Of a stretch of 64,000 bases of DNA, positions 55,221 to 64,000 are shown piece by piece. Position numbers and translations under genes: made by a program. Numbering within the stretch: position 1 is the stretch's first letter; every line of letters begins with the position of its first letter. The notes under the pieces are model-generated. The model saw only the letters and a program-made list of their open reading frames with translations, did no database searches and was not told where the DNA came from. This DNA is from Candidatus Latescibacterota bacterium. Its GTDB lineage: Bacteria > Latescibacterota > UBA2968 > UBA8231. The stretch spans positions 5,376,001-5,440,000 of the forward strand of contig OZ252098.1 in assembly GCA_965248355.1 (NCBI GenBank), in the 5' to 3' direction.

Positions 55221-56945
55221 ATGGAGACGAGGGTGAGCGATCTCGAAATCGCACGGGCGGCCACGCCGGGACCGGCCGTCGACATCGCCGCCGGCCTGGG
55301 GCTGTCGGAGCGCGACATCGACCTGCATGGCCGCTACAAGGCCAAGATCCACCTCGATGCCGCGGACGGCCGGAACCGCGGCGCGGCAGGGAAGTACGTC
55401 GTCGTCACCGCCATGACCCCCACCCGGCACGGCGAGGGCAAGACCACCACCACCATCGGTCTCAGCCAGGCCCTCAACGCCATCGGCCAACCCTCGATCG
55501 CCACGATCCGTCAGCCCTCCATGGGACCGACCTTCGGCATCAAGGGAGGCGCCGCCGGCGGCGGCTACTCGCAGGTCATCCCCATGGACGAGATGAACCT
55601 GCACCTGACGGGCGACATCCACGCCGTCACCTCGGCCCACAACCTGCTCTCGGCGGCCGTGGACGCGCGCCTCTACCACGAGGAGCGCCTGAGCGCCAGG
55701 CGCCTGCGGCGCCGCGGCCTGAAGCGGCTCGACATCGACCCGGAGCAGGTCGCCTGGAAACGGGTCGTCGACCTGGGGGACCGCGCCCTGCGCGAGATCG
55801 TCGTCGGCGAGGGCGGGGAGGGGGTGCGCCGCCGCAGCGGCTTCGACATCACCGCCGCCTCCGAGGTGATGGCGATCCTGGCGCTGGCCAGGGACCTGCG
55901 GGACCTGCGGGCCCGCCTCGGGCGGATCGTGGCCGCCTTCGACCGGGCGGGGCGGCCGGTGACCGCCGAGGACCTGGGCGCCGCCGGGGCCATGGCGGTC
56001 CTGCTCAGGGACGCCATGATGCCCAACCTGTTGCAGACCCTGGAGAACACGCCGGTCCTGGTCCACGCCGGGCCCTTCGCCAACATCGCCCACGGCAACA
56101 GCTCCATCGTGGCCGACGAGATGGCCCTTGCCCTGATGGGGGACGGGTACCTCGTGACCGAGAGCGGCTTCGGCGCCGACTGCGGCTTCGAGAAGCTCTG
56201 CCACGTCAAGTGCCGCTACTCCGGCTTGCGGCCGGACTGCGCCGTCGTCGTGGCCACGGTGCGGGCCCTCAAGTCCCACGGCGGCGCCCCGGAAGCCCGC
56301 GAGGCCGACGCCGCTCAAGAGATGGAGTGGCTGGAGCAGGGGGTGGACAACCTGGCCGCAAACATCCGCATCGTGGGCGAGTTCGGCGTCCCCGCCGTGG
56401 TCGCCCTCAACCTCTTCTCCGGGGACACCGACGCCGAGATCGAGCGAGTTCTCCAGGCGGCGGTGGGCCACGGCGCCGTGGCGGCCTGCGCCTGCGACGT
56501 CTGGTCCCGGGGAGGCGCCGGAGGGGCGGAACTGGCTCGAGCCGTGGTCGACGTTTGCCGGTCCGGGTCGAACTTCGAGTTTCTCTACGGGGAAGAGACG
56601 CCGCTGCGCGACAAGATCGAGACCGTGGCCACGCGCATCTACGGCGCCTCGGGAGTGGAGCTGGCCCCGGAAGCGGAGCGCAGCATCGAGCGTTGCGAGC
56701 AGCTCGGTTTCGGATCCGTGCCCGTGAACATGGCCAAGACCCACCTGTCGCTGTCGCACGATCCGGAACTGCGGGGAGTGCCCACGGGCTTCGTGCTGCC
56801 CGTGCGGGACGTGGTCCTGTCGGCCGGCGCCGGCTTCGTCGTTCCCCTGTGCGGCGAGATCCGCCGCATGCCGGGGCTGCCGTCGAAGCCGGCCTTCATG
56901 AACCTCGACCTCGACGCGGAAGGCCGGGTGGTGGGGTTGGCCTGA
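55221..56945 (+). CDS. fhs: Formate--tetrahydrofolate ligase
   Basis: TPTRHGEGKTTT, GIKGGAAGGGYSQV, NLHLTGDIHA, FDITAASE, HAGPFANIAHG, MAKTHLSLS, MPGLP. Confidence 0.96.
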   Translation: METRVSDLEIARAATPGPAVDIAAGLGLSERDIDLHGRYKAKIHLDAADGRNRGAAGKYVVVTAMTPTRHGEGKTTTTIGLSQALNAIGQPSIATIRQPSMGPTFGIKGGAAGGGYSQVIPMDEMNLHLTGDIHAVTSAHNLLSAAVDARLYHEERLSARRLRRRGLKRLDIDPEQVAWKRVVDLGDRALREIVVGEGGEGVRRRSGFDITAASEVMAILALARDLRDLRARLGRIVAAFDRAGRPVTAEDLGAAGAMAVLLRDAMMPNLLQTLENTPVLVHAGPFANIAHGNSSIVADEMALALMGDGYLVTESGFGADCGFEKLCHVKCRYSGLRPDCAVVVATVRALKSHGGAPEAREADAAQEMEWLEQGVDNLAANIRIVGEFGVPAVVALNLFSGDTDAEIERVLQAAVGHGAVAACACDVWSRGGAGGAELARAVVDVCRSGSNFEFLYGEETPLRDKIETVATRIYGASGVELAPEAERSIERCEQLGFGSVPVNMAKTHLSLSHDPELRGVPTGFVLPVRDVVLSAGAGFVVPLCGEIRRMPGLPSKPAFMNLDLDAEGRVVGLA

Positions 56946-56947
56946 GC

Positions 56948-56983
56948 GCCGCCGGGCGGCTCAGGCCGCCTGGAACTCGTCGA
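56948..56983. repeat. Direct repeat, left copy (att-like)
   Basis: GCCGCCGGGCGGCTCAGGCCGCCTGGAACTCGTCGA; 35 of 36 bases identical to 61125-61160. Confidence 0.9.
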
Positions 56984-56991
56984 CCACCGGT

Positions 56992-57159
56992 CTATGAAGG
57001 CTTCTTCGATTGATCTGAAGAGTTGTTGCTTGAGCCCTTCTTGGGGGGTTTGGCTCCTTTGGGCATGGGAATATTCACCTTGATCGCGGGTATATTCCTA
57101 TCCTCAGAGAGCTGTCTGCTCTTGGTCGTGGAACTCTTTTCTTTAGCCACTTGACTCAT
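56992..57159 (-). CDS. Possible small basic Lys/Pro/Ser-rich protein (55 aa)
   Basis: ATG at 57159 overlaps the end of the upstream ORF; contains VNIPMPKGAKPPKK. Confidence 0.3.
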   Translation of the reverse strand: MSQVAKEKSSTTKSRQLSEDRNIPAIKVNIPMPKGAKPPKKGSSNNSSDQSKKPS

Positions 57160-57666
57160 CTCCTGATGGAGAGGTTCCAAAGTAAGACTCGAAGTAAGCT
57201 CGTGTTCGTTCGGTTGCTTCGGTTTCGCAGTTTGGTTTGTGTGGCAGAGTTTGATCCTTGAAGTGTTTGTGGGATGCCTCCAGTTTTCTCTGCTTTAGGT
57301 CGGTAACGAGTTCGTAGATAGCCTTGTCCGAAAGTTCGCCTTCAAAAACCGAAAACCACTTGCTCTCTGCCTCAAGGGCTAATTTCTCCTGTTCTGTATT
57401 GAGGCTTCCGATAGCCTGGCACGTTTCTGAAATGGAAGAAACCCCTTGACCGCATTGACTACTTGCGAGGCGGCAATTAGAGATCCCCAGATCATGCCAT
57501 ATTCTTGCCAGATTGCCCATCCCCCAATGCTTGAACTGGAAGTAATAGCCAAGAATGCCTGTATCCGACTATTCCACTTTCCCGAGTGAATCTGGTAGGA
57601 CTGCAGATAGTAGACACCGGCCCTGAACTGCACCAAGTTGTCCCAGTAGATGCTCTGATAGTTCAA
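57143..57666 (-). pseudogene. Frameshifted two-TM (SLATT-like) membrane protein
   Basis: ORF 57379-57666 (FLAITSSSSIGGWAIW, IWGSLIAASQVVNAV) joins ORF 57143-57520 (QAIGSLNTEQEKLALEAESKW) if one base is added near 57418. Confidence 0.55.
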
Positions 57667-57735
57667 GTTGAATTACCGCCTTGTCCTCGCGTTGATTCGT
57701 TCGCCCATCCGCTGGACAGTTCCGACGAGATAGCT

Positions 57736-57764
57736 ATTCTACGGGTGCTGAAGGACCCTGGCAA
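57736..57764 (-). promoter_or_regulatory. Putative sigma70 promoter of the two-TM gene
   Basis: Minus strand TTGCCA-N17-TAGAAT. Confidence 0.5.
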
Positions 57765-57795
57765 CTATAGGCCCTTCGCGTACGGAGCCGGTTTA

Positions 57796-60700
57796 TCAGC
57801 CCTTCAAGTCAAACAAATCGCCTTTGGTTGCTTGCGCCGTGGGCGGTTTGCGCATCTCCTCCGGCACCGGTGGCAATTCCTCGGCTTGGATGCAATCGCT
57901 CGCGACGACGGCTTCGAGTAACCTCTCCTGTTCGGGATAGCAGTTCACCGTTTCTTCCAGGACCCAAAGTAACTCGAGTAGTTCCGTCGTGAACTGACTG
58001 GTCCAGCCCTCGGGGCGGATGTCGTCGAGGGGGGAGGACTTCCTGCCCGCCCCCTTTTTCATGCGGTACTTGAGCCAGGACCGCACGACCTTGAGACCAG
58101 AGACCTCGAACTCGTACACGGCGGGTTCGACAGGCGAAAACTCCCCACCGCTGATACGGAGAGTCCTGGCCCCGTCGTCATAGACGAATTCCTCTGCAGG
58201 GCGGGGGATGGCCTCGACGCATCTTGCGGCACCGGGCGGTATACGCCCGGGGGTCTGGCCCGGAGGCACGAAGCGCTTGGCGTAGGTGTGGAGCCACAGC
58301 AGCCGCGCGCCTGCCCTGCGGATCTCCTCGAAGAGCTGCCCGTCCTTTGTGATCGGAACGCACAGTTCTCTTGTTTCCAGCTCCCTGTCGAACCGTTTGG
58401 TGAAGGCCGGCTGTGCCAACACTCCGTAGAGATAGGCGACGAAGTCTTCGGGTGTGATCTTGCGACCATGTGACGTGCTGAGCACTTCGAGCAGCAAAGG
58501 AGCAATGTTCGCCTCCGAGGCATCCTGGGCGCGGTAGAGAGGGATAACCTCCTTGGCGCCATAGGAGCCTCGAAAATGATGGAGATCGGGAAGGTGAGCG
58601 CAGGAAGTCAGTGCAGGCCCAGATCCCAGAGGTCGAGAGAACAAACTCGTCAAGTACAACTGCCGGTCGCCGTGGACGCGCCATAGATCAGGACGTGGGC
58701 GGGACATCAAGCGACCGTCCGCGACAAGGTAATGCCGGTCGAAAGAGCGATACGCGTACCGCTGGACTTCAGGGAGAGGGGTGTTATTCGGTAGTTTGGA
58801 TATCGGCGTCGAATCGGCCCGGTCTGTCAGAGTGACGAGATAAGACCCATCAATCTTGCGGTCGCCAGTCTCCCGGAATGCATCGGCGCGATCCGCTGCA
58901 TCCAGCAGACTGCGCCAACGCCGTTCCAGCGTGACTGAGTCCGGCGCAATCGGCCATGTCCGCTTGAGCTGCACTCCCGAGTGCTGCCAGGGCATGAGAT
59001 CAGTGAGCAAAGGCCAACTGAAGTAGGCTCCTTGCCCGACTGGACGGAATGGAGCCATCCAGTCATCTGAGCAATCCTGCCACTCCAAGCTGGAAAAGTC
59101 CCGAATGGCGTCGAGGATCGCGAGTTTCTCGCCGCGGGTGCCCTCCACGCGGGTGTAGTGCACGCACGCAGGCCGGTCCTGTCGCACCTCCTGAGAGCGG
59201 AAGGCTACGGCAATGGTGACAGGGGTCTTAATGGCAAAGACGTTGTCATCCTGGCGTGTGCCGCGTCCCTCGCCGCCAAGGTCGAGAATCCAGATCTCGT
59301 CGCACTGCCGGCGCATATGCTCGCGCATCCCGGAGAAAGCGTCGCCGTCGAGGTAGCTGGAGGCGCTGATGAAGCTGACCACACCGGGGCCGTTGGAGGT
59401 CTCGTGTTCGAACACCTTCCACAGCGCCCAGCGCCAGAAATAGACGTAGAGGTTGTAGAGGTTCTTGAGGTGGATCCCATGGCCAGCGGCAACCGCGGGG
59501 TCGAGAAACTCACGGAGAATCGCAGGATCCCCGTCGTCTCCCCAGCGGACCCAGCCGCCGGTGCGGCCCTTGTTTGCGTAGTCGGCCTCGTGCCGGTCGT
59601 AAGGGGGATTGCCCAGGCAGACGATGACGGGGACCGCGCTCTTGACTTCCAGGGCCTTCTTGTGTTGCTCGGCGATGGGCCGCAGGATCAAGGGCATCTG
59701 CGGAGGCTTGGAGTGTGGGCTCTCCAGGGTGTCCGTCAGGTAGATGCGCGTGCCATCGGCGGGCAGCGTTGCCCCGGCGTCCTGCAGGGCAAGGCTGACA
59801 CGCAACTCGCTCACCGCATAGGCGCCTACGAGCAGCTCGAAGCCGTACAGGTTCTCGGCCAGCGCGGCGGCATGGCCGGGGACCGCACCCGGCCCCTGCT
59901 CATCCTTGACGCGGCCGAGGGCGTGTTCTATGACGCCGAGAAGATAGGTCCCGGTTCCCACGGCGGGATCGAGCGTGACCACACCGGGGTCGGCGAAGCC
60001 GAGCGGTTTGCCGAGACGGTGGACGAGCAGGTCGTCGATCAGACGCACCTGGGCGCGGACCACCTCGACAGGCGTGTAATAGACCCCCGTGTCCTTGCGT
60101 AGCTTGGCATCGTAGACGGTGAGGAAATCTTCGTAGAAGTAGAGCCAGGGATCCTCCGGACCGGAGAGCGTGGCTGGCGTCACGGCATCGATCACCCGCA
60201 GCAGCAGGTCCACGGAGGCGGCGATTTCCGCTCGCGCCACCGGATCGGTCAGAACCTGCAACGCCCGCGACAGCAGGTTGTGCTGTGCGGCCAGCGCCTC
60301 TCTCGCGTTCTCGAGGGTGAGCGGGTCGGCCCCTTCGCTGCAGCCCAGCAGCAAGGCGAAGGTGACAGTCTGGGCATAGGCGTCGGCGAACTGCTCGTCA
60401 GAGGCATCCGGGAAGAGCAGTTGCCGCCAGTCCCTCGCGAGCTCGACAAGGGGAGAATCCTGGTCTTTGAGGGCATCTGTCACGTCATCCCGCAACATGC
60501 GACATAGCGGTGCCAGCCGCTTGGCGAACCCTCTGAGGTCGATCTTGCCATCGCCGCCCATGGGGATGAAAGGCTCCCACAGAAGGAAATTGCGCAATAG
60601 GCGTTCGATGGAGCGGGCGTTCTGGGCCGTAACGGCCTTCCTACCGTCGACGCCAACCTCGCCAGAGATACGGACGACCTTGTCGACCAGTTCGCCGTCG

Positions 60701-61095
60701 CGATAGAGCGCCCACTCGTTGCCGTCGGAGTAGAGAATGTTCGGAATAGCGGAGAAGCGGTTGAATTGATGGCGGTTGTGGCCCTTGAAGCGGGTGGCCG
60801 TGGCGCCGACCCCGGGGGCCTTCAGCTCGACATATCCGGCGAGCAGTCGGTTGCGGTGAACAGCATAGTCCGGACGGCCGAGACGGTCGGGCAGGGGTGT
60901 CTCGCCGGTGCAGACTACTCTCCAACCGAGAGCCTGACCTGCCGTCGCCATGAAAGTCCCGAACGGGCCGCGTACCTGCTCTTCGGGTTCGCCAGGGGTG
61001 ACTTGCGTCATCTTGGCAGTCACCGCGGCGGCGAATTCCTGCAGGGCTACATGGATTGGGATTCTCTCAGTCGGTTCTCTATGCAAGTCGGTCAC
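57796..61095 (-). CDS. Single-polypeptide restriction-modification enzyme (PD-(D/E)xK nuclease, N6-adenine MTase, LlaBIII-like TRD; no helicase)
   Basis: RPDY...YVELKAPG; GVYYTPVEVV; motif I LDPAVGTGTYL; motif IV GNPPY; C-terminal YAYRSFDR...SRPRPDLW. Confidence 0.85.
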   Translation of the reverse strand: MTDLHREPTERIPIHVALQEFAAAVTAKMTQVTPGEPEEQVRGPFGTFMATAGQALGWRVVCTGETPLPDRLGRPDYAVHRNRLLAGYVELKAPGVGATATRFKGHNRHQFNRFSAIPNILYSDGNEWALYRDGELVDKVVRISGEVGVDGRKAVTAQNARSIERLLRNFLLWEPFIPMGGDGKIDLRGFAKRLAPLCRMLRDDVTDALKDQDSPLVELARDWRQLLFPDASDEQFADAYAQTVTFALLLGCSEGADPLTLENAREALAAQHNLLSRALQVLTDPVARAEIAASVDLLLRVIDAVTPATLSGPEDPWLYFYEDFLTVYDAKLRKDTGVYYTPVEVVRAQVRLIDDLLVHRLGKPLGFADPGVVTLDPAVGTGTYLLGVIEHALGRVKDEQGPGAVPGHAAALAENLYGFELLVGAYAVSELRVSLALQDAGATLPADGTRIYLTDTLESPHSKPPQMPLILRPIAEQHKKALEVKSAVPVIVCLGNPPYDRHEADYANKGRTGGWVRWGDDGDPAILREFLDPAVAAGHGIHLKNLYNLYVYFWRWALWKVFEHETSNGPGVVSFISASSYLDGDAFSGMREHMRRQCDEIWILDLGGEGRGTRQDDNVFAIKTPVTIAVAFRSQEVRQDRPACVHYTRVEGTRGEKLAILDAIRDFSSLEWQDCSDDWMAPFRPVGQGAYFSWPLLTDLMPWQHSGVQLKRTWPIAPDSVTLERRWRSLLDAADRADAFRETGDRKIDGSYLVTLTDRADSTPISKLPNNTPLPEVQRYAYRSFDRHYLVADGRLMSRPRPDLWRVHGDRQLYLTSLFSRPLGSGPALTSCAHLPDLHHFRGSYGAKEVIPLYRAQDASEANIAPLLLEVLSTSHGRKITPEDFVAYLYGVLAQPAFTKRFDRELETRELCVPITKDGQLFEEIRRAGARLLWLHTYAKRFVPPGQTPGRIPPGAARCVEAIPRPAEEFVYDDGARTLRISGGEFSPVEPAVYEFEVSGLKVVRSWLKYRMKKGAGRKSSPLDDIRPEGWTSQFTTELLELLWVLEETVNCYPEQERLLEAVVASDCIQAEELPPVPEEMRKPPTAQATKGDLFDLKG

Positions 61096-61124
61096 TACGC
61101 AGGCTATGGAGGGCGGCGGACTTG

Positions 61125-61160
61125 GCCGCCGGGCGGCTCAGTCCGCCTGGAACTCGTCGA
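61125..61160. repeat. Direct repeat, right copy (att-like), covering the stop codon of the PmoA-family gene
   Basis: GCCGCCGGGCGGCTCAGTCCGCCTGGAACTCGTCGA. Confidence 0.9.
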
Positions 61161-62043
61161 TCAGCCGGCGAACGACCTCATCGGGCCCGCGCCCGGGGTG
61201 CACGATCAGCCGGAAGCGCATGACCACCTCGCTGCCGCCGGGGATCGTCCAGCTGCCGTCGGCGCTCTCGTCCTTCAGGAAGTCGTGCAGGCCGAAGGGG
61301 TTGGCCGTGAACAGGCCGTACCCGCGCACGTGCCAGTGGGCGGGGTGCCAGGGGTTGGAGCGGTGGTCGACGACGGTGTGGCCCCACTGCGAGCCGTCGG
61401 CCAGCGGTCCCGAGTAGTCGACCCAGGCGGCGCGTTTTCCCCAGGTCGTCTCCTCGCCCTGGCCGCTGTCGAAGACGTCTCCCTCGGAGTTCTCGATGCG
61501 GCCCCGGTCCTTGGCGTCCATCGAGGTGGGCACGCGGATGGAGAACAGGCCGCCCTCCTTGGTGTCGCCGAAGGTGACGTCGCCGTAGCGGGCGCGCAGC
61601 ACGCTGCGCTGGTCGAGGACGCGCAGGGGTCCTTCGACGGCGATCCGGAAGGAGCGCTCCTCCTCCAGAAGGCGCTGGCCCCCCGGCCCGAACCAGTCGA
61701 CGACGCCGTCGATGGCGGCCGCGCCCCCGGCGGCGCCCACCTGCGGCTCCCCCCGCTGCAGCATGGAGCCGTGCCCCGGGCCGCGCACGCCTTCGTCCCA
61801 GAGGTTGAAGCCGTTCACCAGCCCGTGGGCGGTGTAGATGCTGCGGTGGTGGTAGTGGTCCTGGTTCTCCCCCTCCACGTCGGCGAAGGGGTAGGCCCGC
61901 GTCAGGGCCTGTCCCGAGGGGGTGAGCACGGGGTGGAAGCACGGCCGGCAGATGAAGTGGCCGTACACGTACTCGACGAAGAGCCCCCCGTCCACGTGGA
62001 CCGCTACGCGGCCCTCATCCGCCTTCAAGTCGACGTCGATCAT
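61138..62043 (-). CDS. PmoA/DUF6807 family soluble protein (not a methane monooxygenase)
   Basis: RPCFHPVLTPSG, DHYHHRSIY, GDTKEGG, WVDYSG, WHVRGYGLFTANPFG. Confidence 0.75.
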   Translation of the reverse strand: MIDVDLKADEGRVAVHVDGGLFVEYVYGHFICRPCFHPVLTPSGQALTRAYPFADVEGENQDHYHHRSIYTAHGLVNGFNLWDEGVRGPGHGSMLQRGEPQVGAAGGAAAIDGVVDWFGPGGQRLLEEERSFRIAVEGPLRVLDQRSVLRARYGDVTFGDTKEGGLFSIRVPTSMDAKDRGRIENSEGDVFDSGQGEETTWGKRAAWVDYSGPLADGSQWGHTVVDHRSNPWHPAHWHVRGYGLFTANPFGLHDFLKDESADGSWTIPGGSEVVMRFRLIVHPGRGPDEVVRRLIDEFQAD

Positions 62044-62061
62044 CCTCTCCTGTCCTGGTCA

Positions 62062-63396
62062 TCAGGCCGCCGCGTTGGCGCAGCAGCGCTTGTACTTGCG
62101 TCCGCTCCCGCATGGACACGGATCGTTCCGTCCCGGCGGGCCGGGCGCCGCCCGAGCCGCGTCCCTCCGCCGCACCCACTCCATCACGCCGGCGGCCGGC
62201 TGCCCGCTGCGCACCAGGTCCGCCATGACCCGCATGTACGGATCGACGTGGCCGAAGTAGATCTTGTAGCCGCGGCAGAGGTAGTTGAGCCCCTCCTCGC
62301 CGTGGGGGGTGCGCTCGAAGCGCTGCTTGGGGCAGCCGCCGTTGCAGGCGAAGCGGTAGTCGCACTCCAGGCAGTAGCGCGGCAGGCGGTCGGCCTTGTC
62401 CTGTCCGAAGCGGCGCTGCTCCGGGCTCGCCACCATGTCGCGGATCGTCTGCTCGCGCACGTTGCCGAGGTTGTACTCGGGATAGACGAAGTGGTCGCAG
62501 GAGTAGAGGTCGCCGTTGTGCTCGATGACCAGGGCGTTGCCGCAGGTCTCGGCGAAGATGCACAGGGAGGCGTCCTGGCCCAGCCAGCTGCCCAGGGAGA
62601 CGTCGAAGATCTGCACGAAGAGGCGGCCCACGTCGCGCCGCACCCACTCGTCGAAGACGGCGCACAGGAAGCGGCCGTACTGGGCCGGCCCCACCGACCA
62701 CCGGGTGACCGCCGCCTGGCCTTCGAATTCGGGGGCCACCAGCTCCAGCCCGGTCTCGTCCGGATCGCCGGTCAGGCGCTCGACGATGGGGATGAACTGC
62801 ATGAACCCGGAGCCGATCTCCTTGAGGAAGCGGTAGACCTCGAGGGGGTGGTCGCCGTTGTGGTTCTGCAGGACCGTGAGGGTGTTGAACTCAGCGCCGT
62901 GCTGCTTGAGCACCTCCAGGCCGGCCATGACGCGGTCGAAGGTCGGCTTCTGGCCCTTGTCGACGCGGTAGCGGTCGTGGAACTCCCGGGGCCCGTCGAT
63001 GGACAGGCCCACGAGGAAGTTCTCCCGGGCCAGGAACTCTCCCCACTCGTCGTCGAGGAGGATGCCGTTGGTCTGGAAGGCGTTGGTCACCTCCTTGCCC
63101 CCGGCGTAGCGCTTCTGCAGCTCCACGGCGCGGCGGAAGAAGTCCACCCCCAACAGCGTCGGCTCCCCGCCCTGCCAGGCGAAGTTCACGGCGGGCACGT
63201 CCTGGGCCTCGATGTACTGCTTCACGTACAGCTCCATCACCTCGTCGCTCATGCGCCAGTTGCGCCCGGCGTCGGGGTAGAGCTTCTCTTTTTCCAGGTA
63301 GAAGCAGTAGGAGCAGTCGATGTTGCAGACCGAGCCCGAGGGCTTGGCCATGACGTGGCAGGCCGACGGAGCGGTGAGCGGCTGGGATTGGGTCAT
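62062..63396 (-). CDS. Anaerobic sulfatase maturase (radical SAM/SPASM) with C-terminal SEC-C motif
   Basis: [78 protein letters not shown]. Confidence 0.93.
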   Translation of the reverse strand: MTQSQPLTAPSACHVMAKPSGSVCNIDCSYCFYLEKEKLYPDAGRNWRMSDEVMELYVKQYIEAQDVPAVNFAWQGGEPTLLGVDFFRRAVELQKRYAGGKEVTNAFQTNGILLDDEWGEFLARENFLVGLSIDGPREFHDRYRVDKGQKPTFDRVMAGLEVLKQHGAEFNTLTVLQNHNGDHPLEVYRFLKEIGSGFMQFIPIVERLTGDPDETGLELVAPEFEGQAAVTRWSVGPAQYGRFLCAVFDEWVRRDVGRLFVQIFDVSLGSWLGQDASLCIFAETCGNALVIEHNGDLYSCDHFVYPEYNLGNVREQTIRDMVASPEQRRFGQDKADRLPRYCLECDYRFACNGGCPKQRFERTPHGEEGLNYLCRGYKIYFGHVDPYMRVMADLVRSGQPAAGVMEWVRRRDAARAAPGPPGRNDPCPCGSGRKYKRCCANAAA

Positions 63397-63503
63397 GGGA
63401 GGGCGGTCGAGGGGGCGTGAGAGGGCGCTAGGATAGGCCTTCCCCGAAAGAGGATCAAACGCCCGGCCCGGGAGAACCGGGGCGGCTCGCAGGGAGCAAA
63501 CCC

Positions 63504-64000
63504 ATGAGATTCGCACCCGCCCTGTACCTGCTGTGGCTCGCCTCGTCCCTGGCGGCCGAGCCCCTCGTCGTGGTCGAGGAGGGCCGGAGCCGGGCCCGCG
63601 TCGGCCTGCACCCCGAGGCGGGGGAGTGGGAGCGGCGCGCCGCCGCCGACCTGGTGCGCTACATCGAGGAGATGAGCGGCGCCCGCCTGCCTCTCCTCGA
63701 CCGGACCGCCGACCTCGAGCAGGCCCTGGCCGAACCGTCCCCCCTCCTCCTGGTGGGCCGGGCCGCCCTCGAGGCCGATCCGTCCCTGGGCCCCAGGCTG
63801 CGGGCCCTCCGGAACCCCGACCCCGTCCTGCGCGGCGACGCCATCGTCGCGCAGCGCCGGGGGCAGCGCCTCTACCTGGCCGGCACCAACGACGAGTCCC
63901 ACTACTACGCCGCCGTGGAGCTGCTGCGGCGCTGGGGCTGCCGCTGGTACCTGCCCACCGACTTCGGCGCCACCATCCCCCGGCAGGCGACGCTGACCGT
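63504..64000 (+). CDS. Secreted DUF4838-like protein, 3'-truncated by window edge
   Basis: Signal peptide MRFAPALYLLWLASSLAA; AAADLVRYIEEMSGARLP, LYLAG, LLRRWGCRWYLP; absent from the ORF track because it has no stop in the window. Confidence 0.7.
   Translation, partial: MRFAPALYLLWLASSLAAEPLVVVEEGRSRARVGLHPEAGEWERRAAADLVRYIEEMSGARLPLLDRTADLEQALAEPSPLLLVGRAALEADPSLGPRLRALRNPDPVLRGDAIVAQRRGQRLYLAGTNDESHYYAAVELLRRWGCRWYLPTDFGATIPRQATLT

Larger units (their letters stand above)
56948..61160. mobile_element. Integrase-less genomic islet carrying defence-type genes
   Basis: Bounded by a 36-bp direct repeat that duplicates the 3' end of the neighbouring gene; visibly AT-richer; R-M cargo. Confidence 0.7.

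Noticed and set aside
53604..56945. 1113-aa Fhs fusion and 903-aa kinase from the ORF track
   Set aside because: The N-terminal extensions are antisense read-through; real starts are at 55221 and 55055
61138..62043. Particulate methane monooxygenase subunit
   Set aside because: Soluble sequence without TM helices and no pmoB/pmoC; the family name is misleading

Overview
A high-GC, gene-dense bacterial chromosomal window of about 40 genes. No rRNA, tRNA, CRISPR array or transposase is visible. The secreted proteins ending in 'FTPNGDGxND...WDGRD...PPGIY...VAY' and the C-terminal 'WGRIKA' motif suggest a diderm of the FCB supergroup, possibly Latescibacterota-like (inference). Five regions: (1) 1-15.4 kb is housekeeping: prenyl synthase, M42 peptidase, an ECF sigma behind a sigma54 promoter, rmlC-like epimerase, smc, gatC, pyrG, a long LptC/LptA-like protein, lptB and rpoN. 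(2) 15.5-35.4 kb holds two convergent arrays of uncharacterised envelope genes: paralogous lipoproteins, three large FlgD-Ig/CHU_C-tailed proteins, a probable outer-membrane protein, a PpiC foldase, a GT-C/TPR protein and an SGNH/TPR protein. (3) 35.7-40.1 kb is a RidA-like/ComDE-like/LarA-like/KduD-like operon. (4) 40.9-52.6 kb is a translationally coupled operon led by a ~2500-aa fusion of an insertion-riddled nucleotide-sugar dehydrogenase with an ATP-grasp ligase, followed by a second ATP-grasp protein, a fucokinase-like GHMP kinase and fabI; this is the best candidate for an undescribed pathway. (5) The rest carries a two-component pair, fhs, a 4.2-kb integrase-less AT-richer defence islet bounded by a 36-bp direct repeat, a PmoA/DUF6807-family gene, an anaerobic sulfatase maturase and a partial DUF4838-like gene. 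All product calls rest on motif recognition by eye, with no database searches; several start codons were re-chosen from the ORF track.
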